The position numbers and the translations under genes are program-made. The notes under the pieces were generated by a model that did no database searches, was not told where the DNA came from, and saw only the letters and a program-made list of their open reading frames with translations. From positions 1 through 41,855 of the forward strand of contig CANRHO010000001.1 in assembly GCA_947630435.1 (NCBI GenBank): 41,855 bases of DNA, in the 5' to 3' direction. Origin of the DNA: an uncultured Bacilli bacterium (lineage in GTDB: Bacteria; Bacillota_I; Bacilli_A; RF39; UBA660). Shown piece by piece: positions 26,295 through 36,068 of the stretch (position 1 is the stretch's first letter; every line of letters starts with the position of its first letter).

Positions 26295-27800
26295 TTAATT
26301 TGAAAACTTAATAATTAAATAATCATCGATCATTTTTATTGAACCTTCATTTGGGTAAAATGGCATTTTTTGTACTTCATATTTAGAAGCAAATTCTTTA
26401 GCTGTTTTAGATTCAGTATCTTCTTTATCAACAATATTTATAGGATGACCCATATAATACTTTATAAAGCGATAATAATTTTTATGATAAGTAGTTGAAA
26501 ACGAACTAAATAATCCTACAGCCTCATAGTCAAAACCAGGTTGTTTTATAGCTAATGGTCCATTATTTAAACTTCCAATTATAACAACTGGTGTTTTACC
26601 AACTTCATATCCGTCAGTATTTTCAACTTTATATATAACACGATTCATCGTACTAATGGTAGCTTTTAATTCTAAATTCTTTTTTTCATATACTTGATTC
26701 GAATATACAATATTACAAAAAGCAATAATCATTAAAAACATATAAGCCGCTTTATTTAGCTTTGTTTTATCGCTAAGTAGTAAAATTATAAATACGTAGG
26801 TAATATTAATACCAAAAATCATAAGTTCATGGGTAACTCCTACGGTAATAAAATAGATAATATTTAAAATGAATGGTAGAATTAGGCATAGCAATAAGAT
26901 TAAGAAAAAATTTTGTTTTTTTAAATTTTTATTTTTAATTATTTTTATACAATTATAAATAGCAATTACAATTAAAACTATATTTAAAATCAAATATAAA
27001 GTTTTATGAAAAGTATGAGGTTTAAATAAGTATTCGAAATATTTTGAATACGTTTGTTTTATACCAAGAGTTAATGTACCTAGATTGCTGTAATTTAAAG
27101 CGTTGCTGATACTATTTGTAACATGACTTAAATTATAATTAAGAATACGTAATATTAATTTATTTAAAATTATATAAACTATTAAAGAGACTATAGTAAT
27201 TAACATACATTTAATCCCTTCTTTAAAAATTTCTTTTTTATTTTTATCATTACTTAAATCTTTTATTAACATACCAATATATAAACCAAGTGTAACACTT
27301 AAATATGCTGGATAAATCGCAAAAGTAATCAATAAAGTTATAATTGCTAAATATGATAATTTATTATTTTTTCTAATTAAATAAACTGATATTACATTTA
27401 AAAGTATACAAAATATATACATATCAGCATAATTTATATATGTAGCATTTAACAAAGTAATAGTTGAACAAGTACAAGTCAATAATGTAATAAGTAAAAT
27501 TAAAATTTTATCTTTTATCTCAAATAATTTGCAAATATAATATATAGTGAATATCATAAATATGGTTGATAAAACCCCAATGATGATAGGAGGATAGTAA
27601 GAACCCCTAAGAAAAGTCCAAACAGGAATTAAAAAACGCCCGATTCCTAGTGAATCACCATAATAACCAGCATGAAATATATTTAATGAATCATGCGAAT
27701 ATAAAATATTAAAATAACAAAAACCATGTGCAACAAACATAGTAATCGTGGTTACAATACCAATAAATTTTAATAATTTCATATCAAATAATTTTTTCAA
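26295..27800 (-). CDS. Polytopic membrane protein with extracytoplasmic C-terminal domain; candidate GT-C/GtrII-like glycosyltransferase
   Basis: 501 aa. About 11 TM helices followed by a roughly 130-aa soluble tail. An acidic/aromatic first loop (YSHDSLNIFHAGYYGDSLGIGRF). The start is 5 nt after the stop of the UbiA-family gene. Function is inferred from architecture and context only. Confidence 0.45.
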   Translation of the reverse strand: MKKLFDMKLLKFIGIVTTITMFVAHGFCYFNILYSHDSLNIFHAGYYGDSLGIGRFLIPVWTFLRGSYYPPIIIGVLSTIFMIFTIYYICKLFEIKDKILILLITLLTCTCSTITLLNATYINYADMYIFCILLNVISVYLIRKNNKLSYLAIITLLITFAIYPAYLSVTLGLYIGMLIKDLSNDKNKKEIFKEGIKCMLITIVSLIVYIILNKLILRILNYNLSHVTNSISNALNYSNLGTLTLGIKQTYSKYFEYLFKPHTFHKTLYLILNIVLIVIAIYNCIKIIKNKNLKKQNFFLILLLCLILPFILNIIYFITVGVTHELMIFGINITYVFIILLLSDKTKLNKAAYMFLMIIAFCNIVYSNQVYEKKNLELKATISTMNRVIYKVENTDGYEVGKTPVVIIGSLNNGPLAIKQPGFDYEAVGLFSSFSTTYHKNYYRFIKYYMGHPINIVDKEDTESKTAKEFASKYEVQKMPFYPNEGSIKMIDDYLIIKFSN

Positions 27801-27805
27801 TTAAA

Positions 27806-28651
27806 TCACCTCACATATATCAAACAACTCAAAATCAAAGCATAAATAATTCCTAAGAAAATCAAAACTTTATCATTTAAAATTACTTCAATAGGATCAC
27901 CATAACTATTTTCCTCAATATTCATAGAATATCTCATAGTCATAATCATGACTATCGGTACGGTCCATACTAATAAGTTATTATTTATATCAACTGTCCA
28001 AAGCGAGTAAAAAACGATAGTGCAAGCTAAAAACATATACATATTCTTATCCAAAAAATTCTTATTATAATATCTCAAAACATATCTTGAATTACTGCCA
28101 TTTTTTTGAATTTCATTACGCCTTTTGCCTAAACTTAAGTAAAATGAGATTGACAAAACTGTTAAAATAAGCCAACTAGACAAAACTATGTTCAAACAAA
28201 ACCCACCATATAAGATTCTAATAACAAAACCAGAAACTAATATAACTATATCTAATAATGGAATATTTTTAAGACCAAAGCTGTAACCAATGTTTAAAAT
28301 AAAGTATAAAAATAGCAAAAGTGTTCCATAATTAAATAATAAATTAGAACTATATAACAGTATTAATGTTACAAAAAATAACAATATAGCTAAAGTAATT
28401 CCTTCTTTAACAGAGACTAATCCACTAGCAATAGGTCTATTTTTCTTTGTAGGGTGTTTTCTATCCTTTTCTTTATCATTTATATCATTAACAATGTAAA
28501 TAATACTAGAAGTAAGTGAAAAAGCTACAAACATTATTAAAAGTTTAAATAGTATATTTTCATTAAAGATAACACCAGCAAAAAAAGCTGGAAATAATAT
28601 TAAAATATTTTTTAGATAGTGATTTATTCGCATCAGTTTTAGGTATTTCAT
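27806..28651 (-). CDS. UbiA-family prenyltransferase, polyprenyl-phosphate 5-phosphoribosyltransferase-like (DPPR-synthase/Rv3806c-like)
   Basis: 281 aa, about 8 TM helices. N-terminal LMRINHYLKN..ILFPAFFAG, a first Asp-rich motif IVNDINDKEKDRKHPTKKNRPIASG, and a second region LGKRRNEI. Size and motifs match the short UbiA clade usually annotated as decaprenyl-phosphate phosphoribosyltransferase. Confidence 0.65.
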   Translation of the reverse strand: MKYLKLMRINHYLKNILILFPAFFAGVIFNENILFKLLIMFVAFSLTSSIIYIVNDINDKEKDRKHPTKKNRPIASGLVSVKEGITLAILLFFVTLILLYSSNLLFNYGTLLLFLYFILNIGYSFGLKNIPLLDIVILVSGFVIRILYGGFCLNIVLSSWLILTVLSISFYLSLGKRRNEIQKNGSNSRYVLRYYNKNFLDKNMYMFLACTIVFYSLWTVDINNNLLVWTVPIVMIMTMRYSMNIEENSYGDPIEVILNDKVLIFLGIIYALILSCLIYVR

Positions 28652-30324
28652 TTTTGCACCTCATACTCTATTTTTTCAATATACAATTCTTTGTTTTTAT
28701 TAAGTTTTTTAACTATTTTATAGTCGATTTTATAATCTATTAGATTATATAATGAACCTGTAAAATGTTCATTATATAATTTTATATTTAATTTTTTTCC
28801 ATAATTCTTTTCTAAATTCATTCTACTTTGTCCACTTACTGGAAGTTTATTTAGAAACATTATTTTCGTAGTATAATAAACATTACTCAAGCATAATATT
28901 AATAAAATAACACCTAAAATAGCTAAGAATCTCTTGTTTTTAAGTAATATAAATACAGCCATTATAGGAATAAAATAAGCTTGTGGATAATATCTTGCCC
29001 ACCAACTTTCCCCGATGACAAACATAAATAAAATTATAATTATAAATGGAATTCCTAGCATAATTAAATCGTCATATTCTTTTTTTATTATCAAAATTGC
29101 AAAATAAATAATTATTAGTAGTAACGAAATAATTAATAATCCACTGAAGTAAATTCCAAACCCACCTATTCGCGTATCTTCTGATATTTGCATTTGCTCA
29201 TAGTAAGTTTTAACGAACGGTTTTTTTAATTTGGGCTCACCATTATTAAATTTTCCGATGTTGGCACTATAACTAAATATCGAATAGAAATTCTTGCTGA
29301 TTGGACTTTTTTTATCAAAAGAAGCGGGTTGCATATCAGTCATTATATCTCTTTTATCTTTGCCAATAAGTGGATACAATGGATTATGATGCACTACTAT
29401 ATTTCTAACATAAGAATTGCTACCAACTATAAATAAGCTAATTATTAAAATTAATATAAATTTTAAAGTAAAATGTAATATGTCTTTATACTTTTTATCT
29501 TTTATTTTCTTTATTATGTAAATAATATAATAACCTAAACAAAATATTCCAGCATAAAGTAATCCCGTAAATTTAAGGTTAATAATTATAATTAGTAAAC
29601 AACCAATAGTAAAGAAGTATTCTTTATTTTCGTTTTTAATTAAAAGATACATATAAATTATTACCAGTAAAAGAATGAATCCAAGAAAACCATCTAAATA
29701 CAAAGATAGTATTTGTTGCCAAATAATTGGCAAAGTACATGCAGCGACAGCTGTTAAAATAGATAATAATTTATTCTTATAATATTTGTTTATTATATAA
29801 GCAATTATAAAAAACGTAATAAATAATATAATTAAATTAAATACTTTAGCTGTTTCAATATTATTTGTTATCTTGTAAATAGAGGCTCCAATAATCCAAG
29901 TTGCCTTAGGATAATTTTCTATCCATATAGTATGCCCAACATCATAATTTATCTTTTTGCCAAAATTTTTAGCACTACTATAGATAGGATTCCAACCGTT
30001 TTTAAGCAAGCCAATAGCTTCTTTATGATAAGCGTTACCATCGTAGGAGGTATCTAAAACTCTACCACATAAAGTTATAGATAATACAAAAATAACTAAA
30101 ACCAAAAAACCAGAAATTAAAATATTCTTATAATTTTCCTTGCATATAAAGTATAATTCTATTAACGCTAAAATAAATGAAATAGGTAGGTGAAAATAAC
30201 TAATAGAAACATTACATAAATATAAAACTGAAGTAATTACTAAAACATTTGCAATGGTAAATAGCATTAACAATGAAGTATTATAAAATATTTTCAAAGT
30301 TTTATTAAACATGGTCAGTTTCAC
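28648..30324 (-). CDS. Large polytopic membrane protein of unknown family; candidate GT-C-type transferase or polymerase
   Basis: 558 aa, about 13 TM helices. Conserved-looking loop LDTSYDGNAYHKEAIGLLKNGWNPIY. The stop overlaps the UbiA-gene start (ATGA at 28648-28651), implying translational coupling. Confidence 0.4.
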   Translation of the reverse strand: MKLTMFNKTLKIFYNTSLLMLFTIANVLVITSVLYLCNVSISYFHLPISFILALIELYFICKENYKNILISGFLVLVIFVLSITLCGRVLDTSYDGNAYHKEAIGLLKNGWNPIYSSAKNFGKKINYDVGHTIWIENYPKATWIIGASIYKITNNIETAKVFNLIILFITFFIIAYIINKYYKNKLLSILTAVAACTLPIIWQQILSLYLDGFLGFILLLVIIYMYLLIKNENKEYFFTIGCLLIIIINLKFTGLLYAGIFCLGYYIIYIIKKIKDKKYKDILHFTLKFILILIISLFIVGSNSYVRNIVVHHNPLYPLIGKDKRDIMTDMQPASFDKKSPISKNFYSIFSYSANIGKFNNGEPKLKKPFVKTYYEQMQISEDTRIGGFGIYFSGLLIISLLLIIIYFAILIIKKEYDDLIMLGIPFIIIILFMFVIGESWWARYYPQAYFIPIMAVFILLKNKRFLAILGVILLILCLSNVYYTTKIMFLNKLPVSGQSRMNLEKNYGKKLNIKLYNEHFTGSLYNLIDYKIDYKIVKKLNKNKELYIEKIEYEVQK

Positions 30325-30328
30325 CTCT

Positions 30329-31300
30329 TTAGTTCATTTTATTTTTTTCTTTTATGTAAATAATTTTAGAAATAAATTTATTAAAATATTTTAAATAAAT
30401 ATTCTTCATGCCTGTTTTATTTAAATAAATATTATTTTTATAGTTAGGAAAATTATTTCTGACTCTATCAATAGCAAAGATAACAGCCTCTTTGTATTTA
30501 TTTTTATCATTAGCTTTAGCCATTCTTTTAATAAATGTTCCAAAAATATATCTTACATATGAATATTCCAATTCAGGCAAATACTCTTCATACAAATCAT
30601 TTTTTTTATAATAATCTACAATATTATCAAGCACCTTTATAATATCATATAATTTATTATTATATGTATAAGTAATAGAACCATTTGTTTGGATATAATT
30701 ACAGAAAGGTTTATTTACAACTCCTATTGATGATATTTTTGGAAAAAGTTTAAAAAGAAATTCTATATCCTCATACCATATATTTTTAGAAAACAGCGTA
30801 TTTGTAACTATTTTTCTCTTAATGATTTTATTCCAAATGACGGCATAAGAATAAATCATATGTTTTTTGATTTCTTCTTTTGAAAATGTATCTTTATTAA
30901 TACCAGAGTCTATGCTTATTTTTTTATTTGGATAAATTACTCTTGCATCGCAAACCACCATATCAAAATCCTTCTCAACGGCTTTTTCATACATCTTTTC
31001 ATACATCATAGGGTCTTGAGTATCATCACTATCTAAAAAACCTATATATTCACCTTGAGCCATCTTAATACCAGCATTTCTAGCTCCACCGGGTCCACTA
31101 TTTTTTTGATTTATAACTTTTATTTTATTTTTATATTTTAACTCATATTTTTTTAATATCTTTAAAGAATTATCAGAAGAACCGTCGTTAACAAATATAA
31201 ATTCTATATCTTTAATTGTTTGTTTTAATAAACATTTAATAGTTTTTTCTATATAATTCTCACTATTATATACAGGAACTATAACACTAACCTTTATCAT
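30329..31300 (-). CDS. Family 2 glycosyltransferase
   Basis: Start at ATG 31300 gives MIKVSVIVPVYNSENYIEKT...VNDGSSD...FLDSDD, the GT2 GT-A fold signature with DxD. Confidence 0.9.
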   Translation of the reverse strand: MIKVSVIVPVYNSENYIEKTIKCLLKQTIKDIEFIFVNDGSSDNSLKILKKYELKYKNKIKVINQKNSGPGGARNAGIKMAQGEYIGFLDSDDTQDPMMYEKMYEKAVEKDFDMVVCDARVIYPNKKISIDSGINKDTFSKEEIKKHMIYSYAVIWNKIIKRKIVTNTLFSKNIWYEDIEFLFKLFPKISSIGVVNKPFCNYIQTNGSITYTYNNKLYDIIKVLDNIVDYYKKNDLYEEYLPELEYSYVRYIFGTFIKRMAKANDKNKYKEAVIFAIDRVRNNFPNYKNNIYLNKTGMKNIYLKYFNKFISKIIYIKEKNKMN

Positions 31301-32753
31301 TTTCTTTTCCCTTTCTACTATCATATAATAAGTAACCCGTTATAAAACCTAAATATAAAGAAATAATAAGTTCATCAATTATATGTCCGCTAAAATATGA
31401 AATACAAAGTGGAAGGATTAAACCTGATAAGATAACTATATCAAATAAAATAAATTTTTTCTTTTGTATTTTTTTAAAAACAAAATAAGCAGCTATTAAA
31501 AAGTATGGGCAAAGGAAAACAATAATACCAAGTATACCTATAGTATAATAATGAATGACAAAGTCTTGTTCTAAATATAAATAAGTATTTATGAATCTAC
31601 TATAACCCAAACCAAATAAACTTGTATAAGCAGTTTCATAAGTTTTAGCGATATCATTAGTAATTAATTTTTCTGAATTTCTATTACCTACTCTTTTTTC
31701 AGGCGATACATTTTCAACAAGATTTACCCAAAATTTCCTATGTTCTTTATAAGGATAAATCTCCATGTAATAAATGGGTTGAGTGCCTGAATACTTTAAT
31801 TTTTCTTCTAAATTCACTTCAGCTTTTATCGATTTCATTTCTTTTTCGTCTTTATCTGAATAAGTAACCCCAACGTTTACTATTGGTGCTTTTGTCATTA
31901 AAGACAATCCAAAAACTAAAACTAATAAAACTAAACCGAATTTCTTACAGTCAAATTTACAGGTTTTAAAAACAAAACTATAAAATAAATATAAGAAAAT
32001 CATCATAGTAATTATTAAAATCCAACCGTAAGAAGCAACTCTTGTACCAAGCATTATCATTGAAAGCAAGGTAAGTAACGTTATGATAATACGAGGTTTC
32101 GTAATCTTTTCATATAATGAATAAATACATATAGGAAATAAAATAAACATAAGCCCACTTATTTGATTAGCCGAGTTAAACCATCCTTTAGAAGCTAAAT
32201 CAGAAGGTAAATATTTTTTATTAAAAAACCAATTGAAGAAGTTAGCTTTAATAAAGCCGCCACCATAAGAAGCACAAGCAATATTAAGCAAATTCATTCC
32301 AACAATAATAATTGAAGTAATAGCTGCTACAAATAAAAATAATTTTATAACCTCTTCCTTGGTTGGTTTTAATTTATATGTAATTAAAATAACTAATATT
32401 GGAAGGAGCATCCTAATCATATAAAATAATTCGGTTACTATACTATAAGAGAAAGTTTTAAAACCACTATTATCAATACCACTTGAAATAAAATGGTGAA
32501 ACAATATATAAATTAGCAAAAAAACTCCGTATATCCCAATAATTTTTAAATTTTTTAAATTTTTCTTATTAAAAAATATCATAACAAAGAGAAAAGTAAT
32601 TATTAACATTCTTATAATTGTTGTTGGAGAAAAATGAAATATATTTATTATTTCATCTGTATATAAAAGATAACAGTCTAATACTGGCTGTAACATTAAA
32701 AATATAAATAAAATTTTTCTAAGTGTTTTTTCATCTTTAATTTTTTTCATCAT
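31287..32753 (-). CDS. wzy: Wzy/O-antigen-ligase-family polytopic protein (probable repeat-unit polymerase)
   Basis: About 488 aa from ATG 32753, with about 11-12 TM helices. A large loop after LGTRVASYGW resembles the Wzy_C domain. Located between glycosyltransferase genes. Confidence 0.6.
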   Translation of the reverse strand: MMKKIKDEKTLRKILFIFLMLQPVLDCYLLYTDEIINIFHFSPTTIIRMLIITFLFVMIFFNKKNLKNLKIIGIYGVFLLIYILFHHFISSGIDNSGFKTFSYSIVTELFYMIRMLLPILVILITYKLKPTKEEVIKLFLFVAAITSIIIVGMNLLNIACASYGGGFIKANFFNWFFNKKYLPSDLASKGWFNSANQISGLMFILFPICIYSLYEKITKPRIIITLLTLLSMIMLGTRVASYGWILIITMMIFLYLFYSFVFKTCKFDCKKFGLVLLVLVFGLSLMTKAPIVNVGVTYSDKDEKEMKSIKAEVNLEEKLKYSGTQPIYYMEIYPYKEHRKFWVNLVENVSPEKRVGNRNSEKLITNDIAKTYETAYTSLFGLGYSRFINTYLYLEQDFVIHYYTIGILGIIVFLCPYFLIAAYFVFKKIQKKKFILFDIVILSGLILPLCISYFSGHIIDELIISLYLGFITGYLLYDSRKGKENDKG

Positions 32754-32763
32754 GTTGCTCCTT

Positions 32764-33945
32764 TTATACTTGTTTATATATCTTATCATCTAACATGTTT
32801 TCTATAGTTTTTATGCTATTTTTATTTTTTTTACTATAATCATAATCTAATGCTTTATCTTTAAATTTTTTAATAAGATTATGATTGGTTAAAAGTTTCT
32901 TCATTCCTTCATATAAACCATTTTCAGAATTTTCAACTATCAAGCCATTTTGCATATTATCAATTATTGTTTCTGTAGCCTCATTAGAAGTTGCTAAAAC
33001 TGGTTTATGTAAAATAAGAGCTTCCACTAAAACAAGGCCAAAAGACTCATGAACAGCTGAAGAAACATACACATCAGAACCAGCTACATATTTATAGGGA
33101 TTTGTTTGATTACCAACAAATTTTACACAGTTTAAATTTAACTCTTTTTTTAAATTAAATAAATTTTCTCTTTCGGGACCATCTCCGACAATAGTCATAA
33201 AACCATCCTCAAATAAGCCTTCCCTTTTTAATTTAGCAATTACTTTAAGTAGCCTATCATAACCCTTTTCTTTAGCTAATCTACCTACGGAAATAAAATT
33301 TATTTTTTTATCTGAAGGTTTTATTTTTTCTTTCCCAAATTTTTTAATTTTAGTATCATCTATTATGTTTGGAATAACCAATATTTTATCTTTCATTTTA
33401 TAATGCGCATTAAAATCTTCAGCTGTTTGTTTTGAAACAGCTACTATTTTTTCAAAAGCATTATACGTTTTCTTAAATATATTACGATACCTTCTTGTTG
33501 GATCATTTTCTGTGTATGTTGCATGTAACCAATGTATTTTTCTAGGAGTATCCCCAACAGCTGTAAAAATAGCACTAAAACCATCGCTAAAAGCTATCTC
33601 AATATCGTAATTAGTTTTTAGTATTTTTTTTCTTTCTTTAAAAAGTTTGTTTTTGATTAATCCCGTCTTTAATAAAAAAATAAGTTTTAATTTATTAATT
33701 AATAATTTCAAATCAAATTTTTTTTTAAAATAGCTAATTGGTGTATCAATCGCTTTGAAAAAAGCTCCTCCATATATAATTTTTATCTTTTTATCAATTT
33801 TATTTTCTATTCTTTCCCCTTCATTATTTAGAATAAGCAGATCAATTTTATATTTCGTTAGAGAAAGATGATTTAAAATATCTTCTAAAACTATTGATAC
33901 ACCACCCATCTTACGATCAGTAACTACAAATAAAACTTTTTTCAT
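32764..33945 (-). CDS. GT4 (GT-B fold, group 1) glycosyltransferase
   Basis: 393 aa. MKKVLFVVTDRKMGGVS, and a C-terminal ESFGLVLVEALILHKPVLAT (E-x7-E region) typical of Glycos_transf_1. Confidence 0.88.
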   Translation of the reverse strand: MKKVLFVVTDRKMGGVSIVLEDILNHLSLTKYKIDLLILNNEGERIENKIDKKIKIIYGGAFFKAIDTPISYFKKKFDLKLLINKLKLIFLLKTGLIKNKLFKERKKILKTNYDIEIAFSDGFSAIFTAVGDTPRKIHWLHATYTENDPTRRYRNIFKKTYNAFEKIVAVSKQTAEDFNAHYKMKDKILVIPNIIDDTKIKKFGKEKIKPSDKKINFISVGRLAKEKGYDRLLKVIAKLKREGLFEDGFMTIVGDGPERENLFNLKKELNLNCVKFVGNQTNPYKYVAGSDVYVSSAVHESFGLVLVEALILHKPVLATSNEATETIIDNMQNGLIVENSENGLYEGMKKLLTNHNLIKKFKDKALDYDYSKKNKNSIKTIENMLDDKIYKQV

Positions 33946-34898
33946 GATGTTTTATCACCCCGTTTCAGTAAATTGATTAATTTGAATTTTTCTTTAAATA
34001 ATAATTCACACATAACACGATATTTAAATGGTTGTTTTTTATAGTAAAAATTATTTTTCCAATTAGGGAACTCACTTGTAATAGTTTTGTTTATTTTTTT
34101 TATTTGATCATGTTTTTTGAATTTTAAAAACCTTAATCCACCACCGTGTAGTAAATGTTCAATATATAAATATTCTAATTCACTATAATATTTTTTAAAA
34201 ACTTTTTTTTCTTTAAATATTTTTGATAGGTTCTTCATGGCATCAAAAATTTGTTCTAATTTAGATGAATATTCTATTTGATTCATGGTTGAACCAGAAC
34301 GTATAACATAATAATATAGTTTATCATTTATAAAAATTATTTTTTTTGCAAAAAGACCATATGAAGGAACTAACGCAATATCTTCATACGCATTTAATTT
34401 TGGAAAAAATAAATTATTATTCTTTATAATATTAGTTTTAATTAACATAAAACACGGACCGGACTGGTTTAAAATAAAATTTTTTTTATCGTCATCACTT
34501 TTTATTTTTTTTATTTGATTATTTTCTATTATCCCATCAGCAACTAAATAACTATCAAAACAAACGATATCAGCATTTGCTTGTATAGCGTTATTATAGG
34601 AAATCTTTAAAATATCTTTATCAACATAATCATCGCTATCGACAAACATAATAAATTCTCCGCTCGCTTTTTTAATTCCAAAATTACGAGCGATAGCTTG
34701 TCCTTCGTTTTTTTTATTTATTAGTTTTATTCTCTTATCTTTATATTGATTAATTATGTTCAAACTATTATCAGTACTACCATCGTTTATTAAAATTATT
34801 TCAAAATCATCAAAAGTTTGTTTAAGTAAACTATCTAAGCATTTTGATAAATAGTTTTCAACATTATAAACCGGGACTATTACGCTAATTTTAGTCAT
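33942..34898 (-). CDS. Family 2 glycosyltransferase
   Basis: 318 aa. ISVIVPVYNVENYLSKCLDSLLKQT, INDGSTD, FVDSDD. 4-nt overlap with the GT4 gene. Confidence 0.9.
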   Translation of the reverse strand: MTKISVIVPVYNVENYLSKCLDSLLKQTFDDFEIILINDGSTDNSLNIINQYKDKRIKLINKKNEGQAIARNFGIKKASGEFIMFVDSDDYVDKDILKISYNNAIQANADIVCFDSYLVADGIIENNQIKKIKSDDDKKNFILNQSGPCFMLIKTNIIKNNNLFFPKLNAYEDIALVPSYGLFAKKIIFINDKLYYYVIRSGSTMNQIEYSSKLEQIFDAMKNLSKIFKEKKVFKKYYSELEYLYIEHLLHGGGLRFLKFKKHDQIKKINKTITSEFPNWKNNFYYKKQPFKYRVMCELLFKEKFKLINLLKRGDKTS

Positions 34899-34960
34899 GT
34901 AACCTCCTTTATGTTACTATTTATTATACCATCACAAGCATATCCAAAGCAACAAAACAG

Positions 34961-35893
34961 TTATTTACTTATAAGCATTTTATAAATTGACGGACATAAT
35001 TTAAACAAGTAATATCCTATATAATTTTTTAATTTAAAATAATCTTTAAAATAGGAAACTGGTAAAAGATTTTCCTTTAATTTTTTCTTTAAATTCTTAT
35101 CCTTAGTATTATAATAATTAACTTTAATAAAATGATTATAATCCGTACATGCTTTAAATTTTAATTTTTTAAAGCCTTTTTTATCAAAAAATTCAATTCT
35201 TTCTTTTAAAGCTTCTAGAGCATCTAATCTTTTTATAGAAAATTTTTCCCCCATAATACTAGTATCTCTTTGAAAGTAATAATATAATGTACTTTTAGTA
35301 AAAACCACTTTATTTGTTTTATCATATAAATGATGGATTACAAATTCATCTTCATTTATCTTACCTTTAGGATACCTTATTTTATTAAATAATTCTTTTT
35401 TATAAAGCTTGCCCCAAGCTACGCGCATAGTTACGCAATAATCTTTATCATATAAATATTCTAATGCTTCTTTAGAGCTCATAACTATTTCATTATCATC
35501 TATTTTCTCTTTAACAATTTCATTTTCATAAAACGGATGATAATTTCCAATCGAGATATCGGCATTATGTTTTTTTATTAATTTATAAAGTGTTTCACAA
35601 TACTTTAACGATACATAATCATCACTATCTATGAATGTTATATACTCACCCGTTGCTATTTCTATACCCTTATTTCTAGCATCTGATAACCCTCCATTTT
35701 TCTTATGAATCACTTTAATTCTTTTATCCTTTTTAGCATAAGCATCACAAATATTTCCTGAACCATCAAGGCTTCCATCATCAACCAAAATGATTTCAAT
35801 ATCTTTGTACGTTTGATTTATTAAACTATCTATACATTTTGACAAATATTTTTGTACATTATAAACTGGTACAACAATACTTATTTTCTTCAT
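34961..35893 (-). CDS. Family 2 glycosyltransferase
   Basis: Start at ATG 35893 gives MKKISIVVPVYNVQKYLSKCIDSLINQTY, VDDGSLDGS, FIDSDD. The track's 24-codon extension is rejected. Confidence 0.9.
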   Translation of the reverse strand: MKKISIVVPVYNVQKYLSKCIDSLINQTYKDIEIILVDDGSLDGSGNICDAYAKKDKRIKVIHKKNGGLSDARNKGIEIATGEYITFIDSDDYVSLKYCETLYKLIKKHNADISIGNYHPFYENEIVKEKIDDNEIVMSSKEALEYLYDKDYCVTMRVAWGKLYKKELFNKIRYPKGKINEDEFVIHHLYDKTNKVVFTKSTLYYYFQRDTSIMGEKFSIKRLDALEALKERIEFFDKKGFKKLKFKACTDYNHFIKVNYYNTKDKNLKKKLKENLLPVSYFKDYFKLKNYIGYYLFKLCPSIYKMLISK

Positions 35894-35914
35894 ATTTCTA
35901 CCTTCTTTTCCATA

Positions 35915-35923
35915 ATTATAACA
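35915..35923 (-). promoter_or_regulatory. Candidate extended -10 element (TGTTATAAT) for the GT2-to-SGNH unit
   Basis: The minus strand reads TGT-TATAAT at 35923-35915, 22 nt upstream of ATG 35893 and just downstream of the 36003-36032 terminator. The -35 region is poor (TTTATG). Confidence 0.4.
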
Positions 35924-36002
35924 TTTTTTTAAGACTACATAAATATAAAGTAACATTTTTTTCAATTACTTTGGTTTTTGTCTTTATATTACTATATAAA
36001 AA

Positions 36003-36032
36003 GTGTATATAACTTTTTATAGTTATACACAC
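36003..36032 (-). terminator. Rho-independent terminator after the GtrB-like/GT-C pair
   Basis: 12-bp inverted repeat with one mismatch (GTGTGTATAACT-ATAAAA-AGTTATATACAC on the minus strand) followed by TTTTTATAT. It lies 37 nt downstream of the stop at 36069. Confidence 0.6.
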
Positions 36033-36068
36033 TATATATTCTTATAGTCTGAATTAAAAAACATTAAT

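Noticed and set aside
26295-27800. Calling the 501-aa polytopic protein a second Wzy polymerase or the missing priming transferase
   Set aside because: It has no PGT (bacterial sugar transferase or MraY/WecA-like) motifs, and a Wzy_C-like loop was not evident. Only topology and context are available, so it is left as a candidate GT-C/GtrII-like protein.
23064-30324. A full mycobacterial-type decaprenyl-phospho-arabinose (DPA) pathway
   Set aside because: I recognise no FAD-dependent DprE1-like oxidase or short DprE2-like reductase in the window. The only SDR (15424-16494) is an extended, nucleotide-sugar-type enzyme next to tarI. The arabinose interpretation is therefore not supported, and a ribose-type donor is the more conservative reading.
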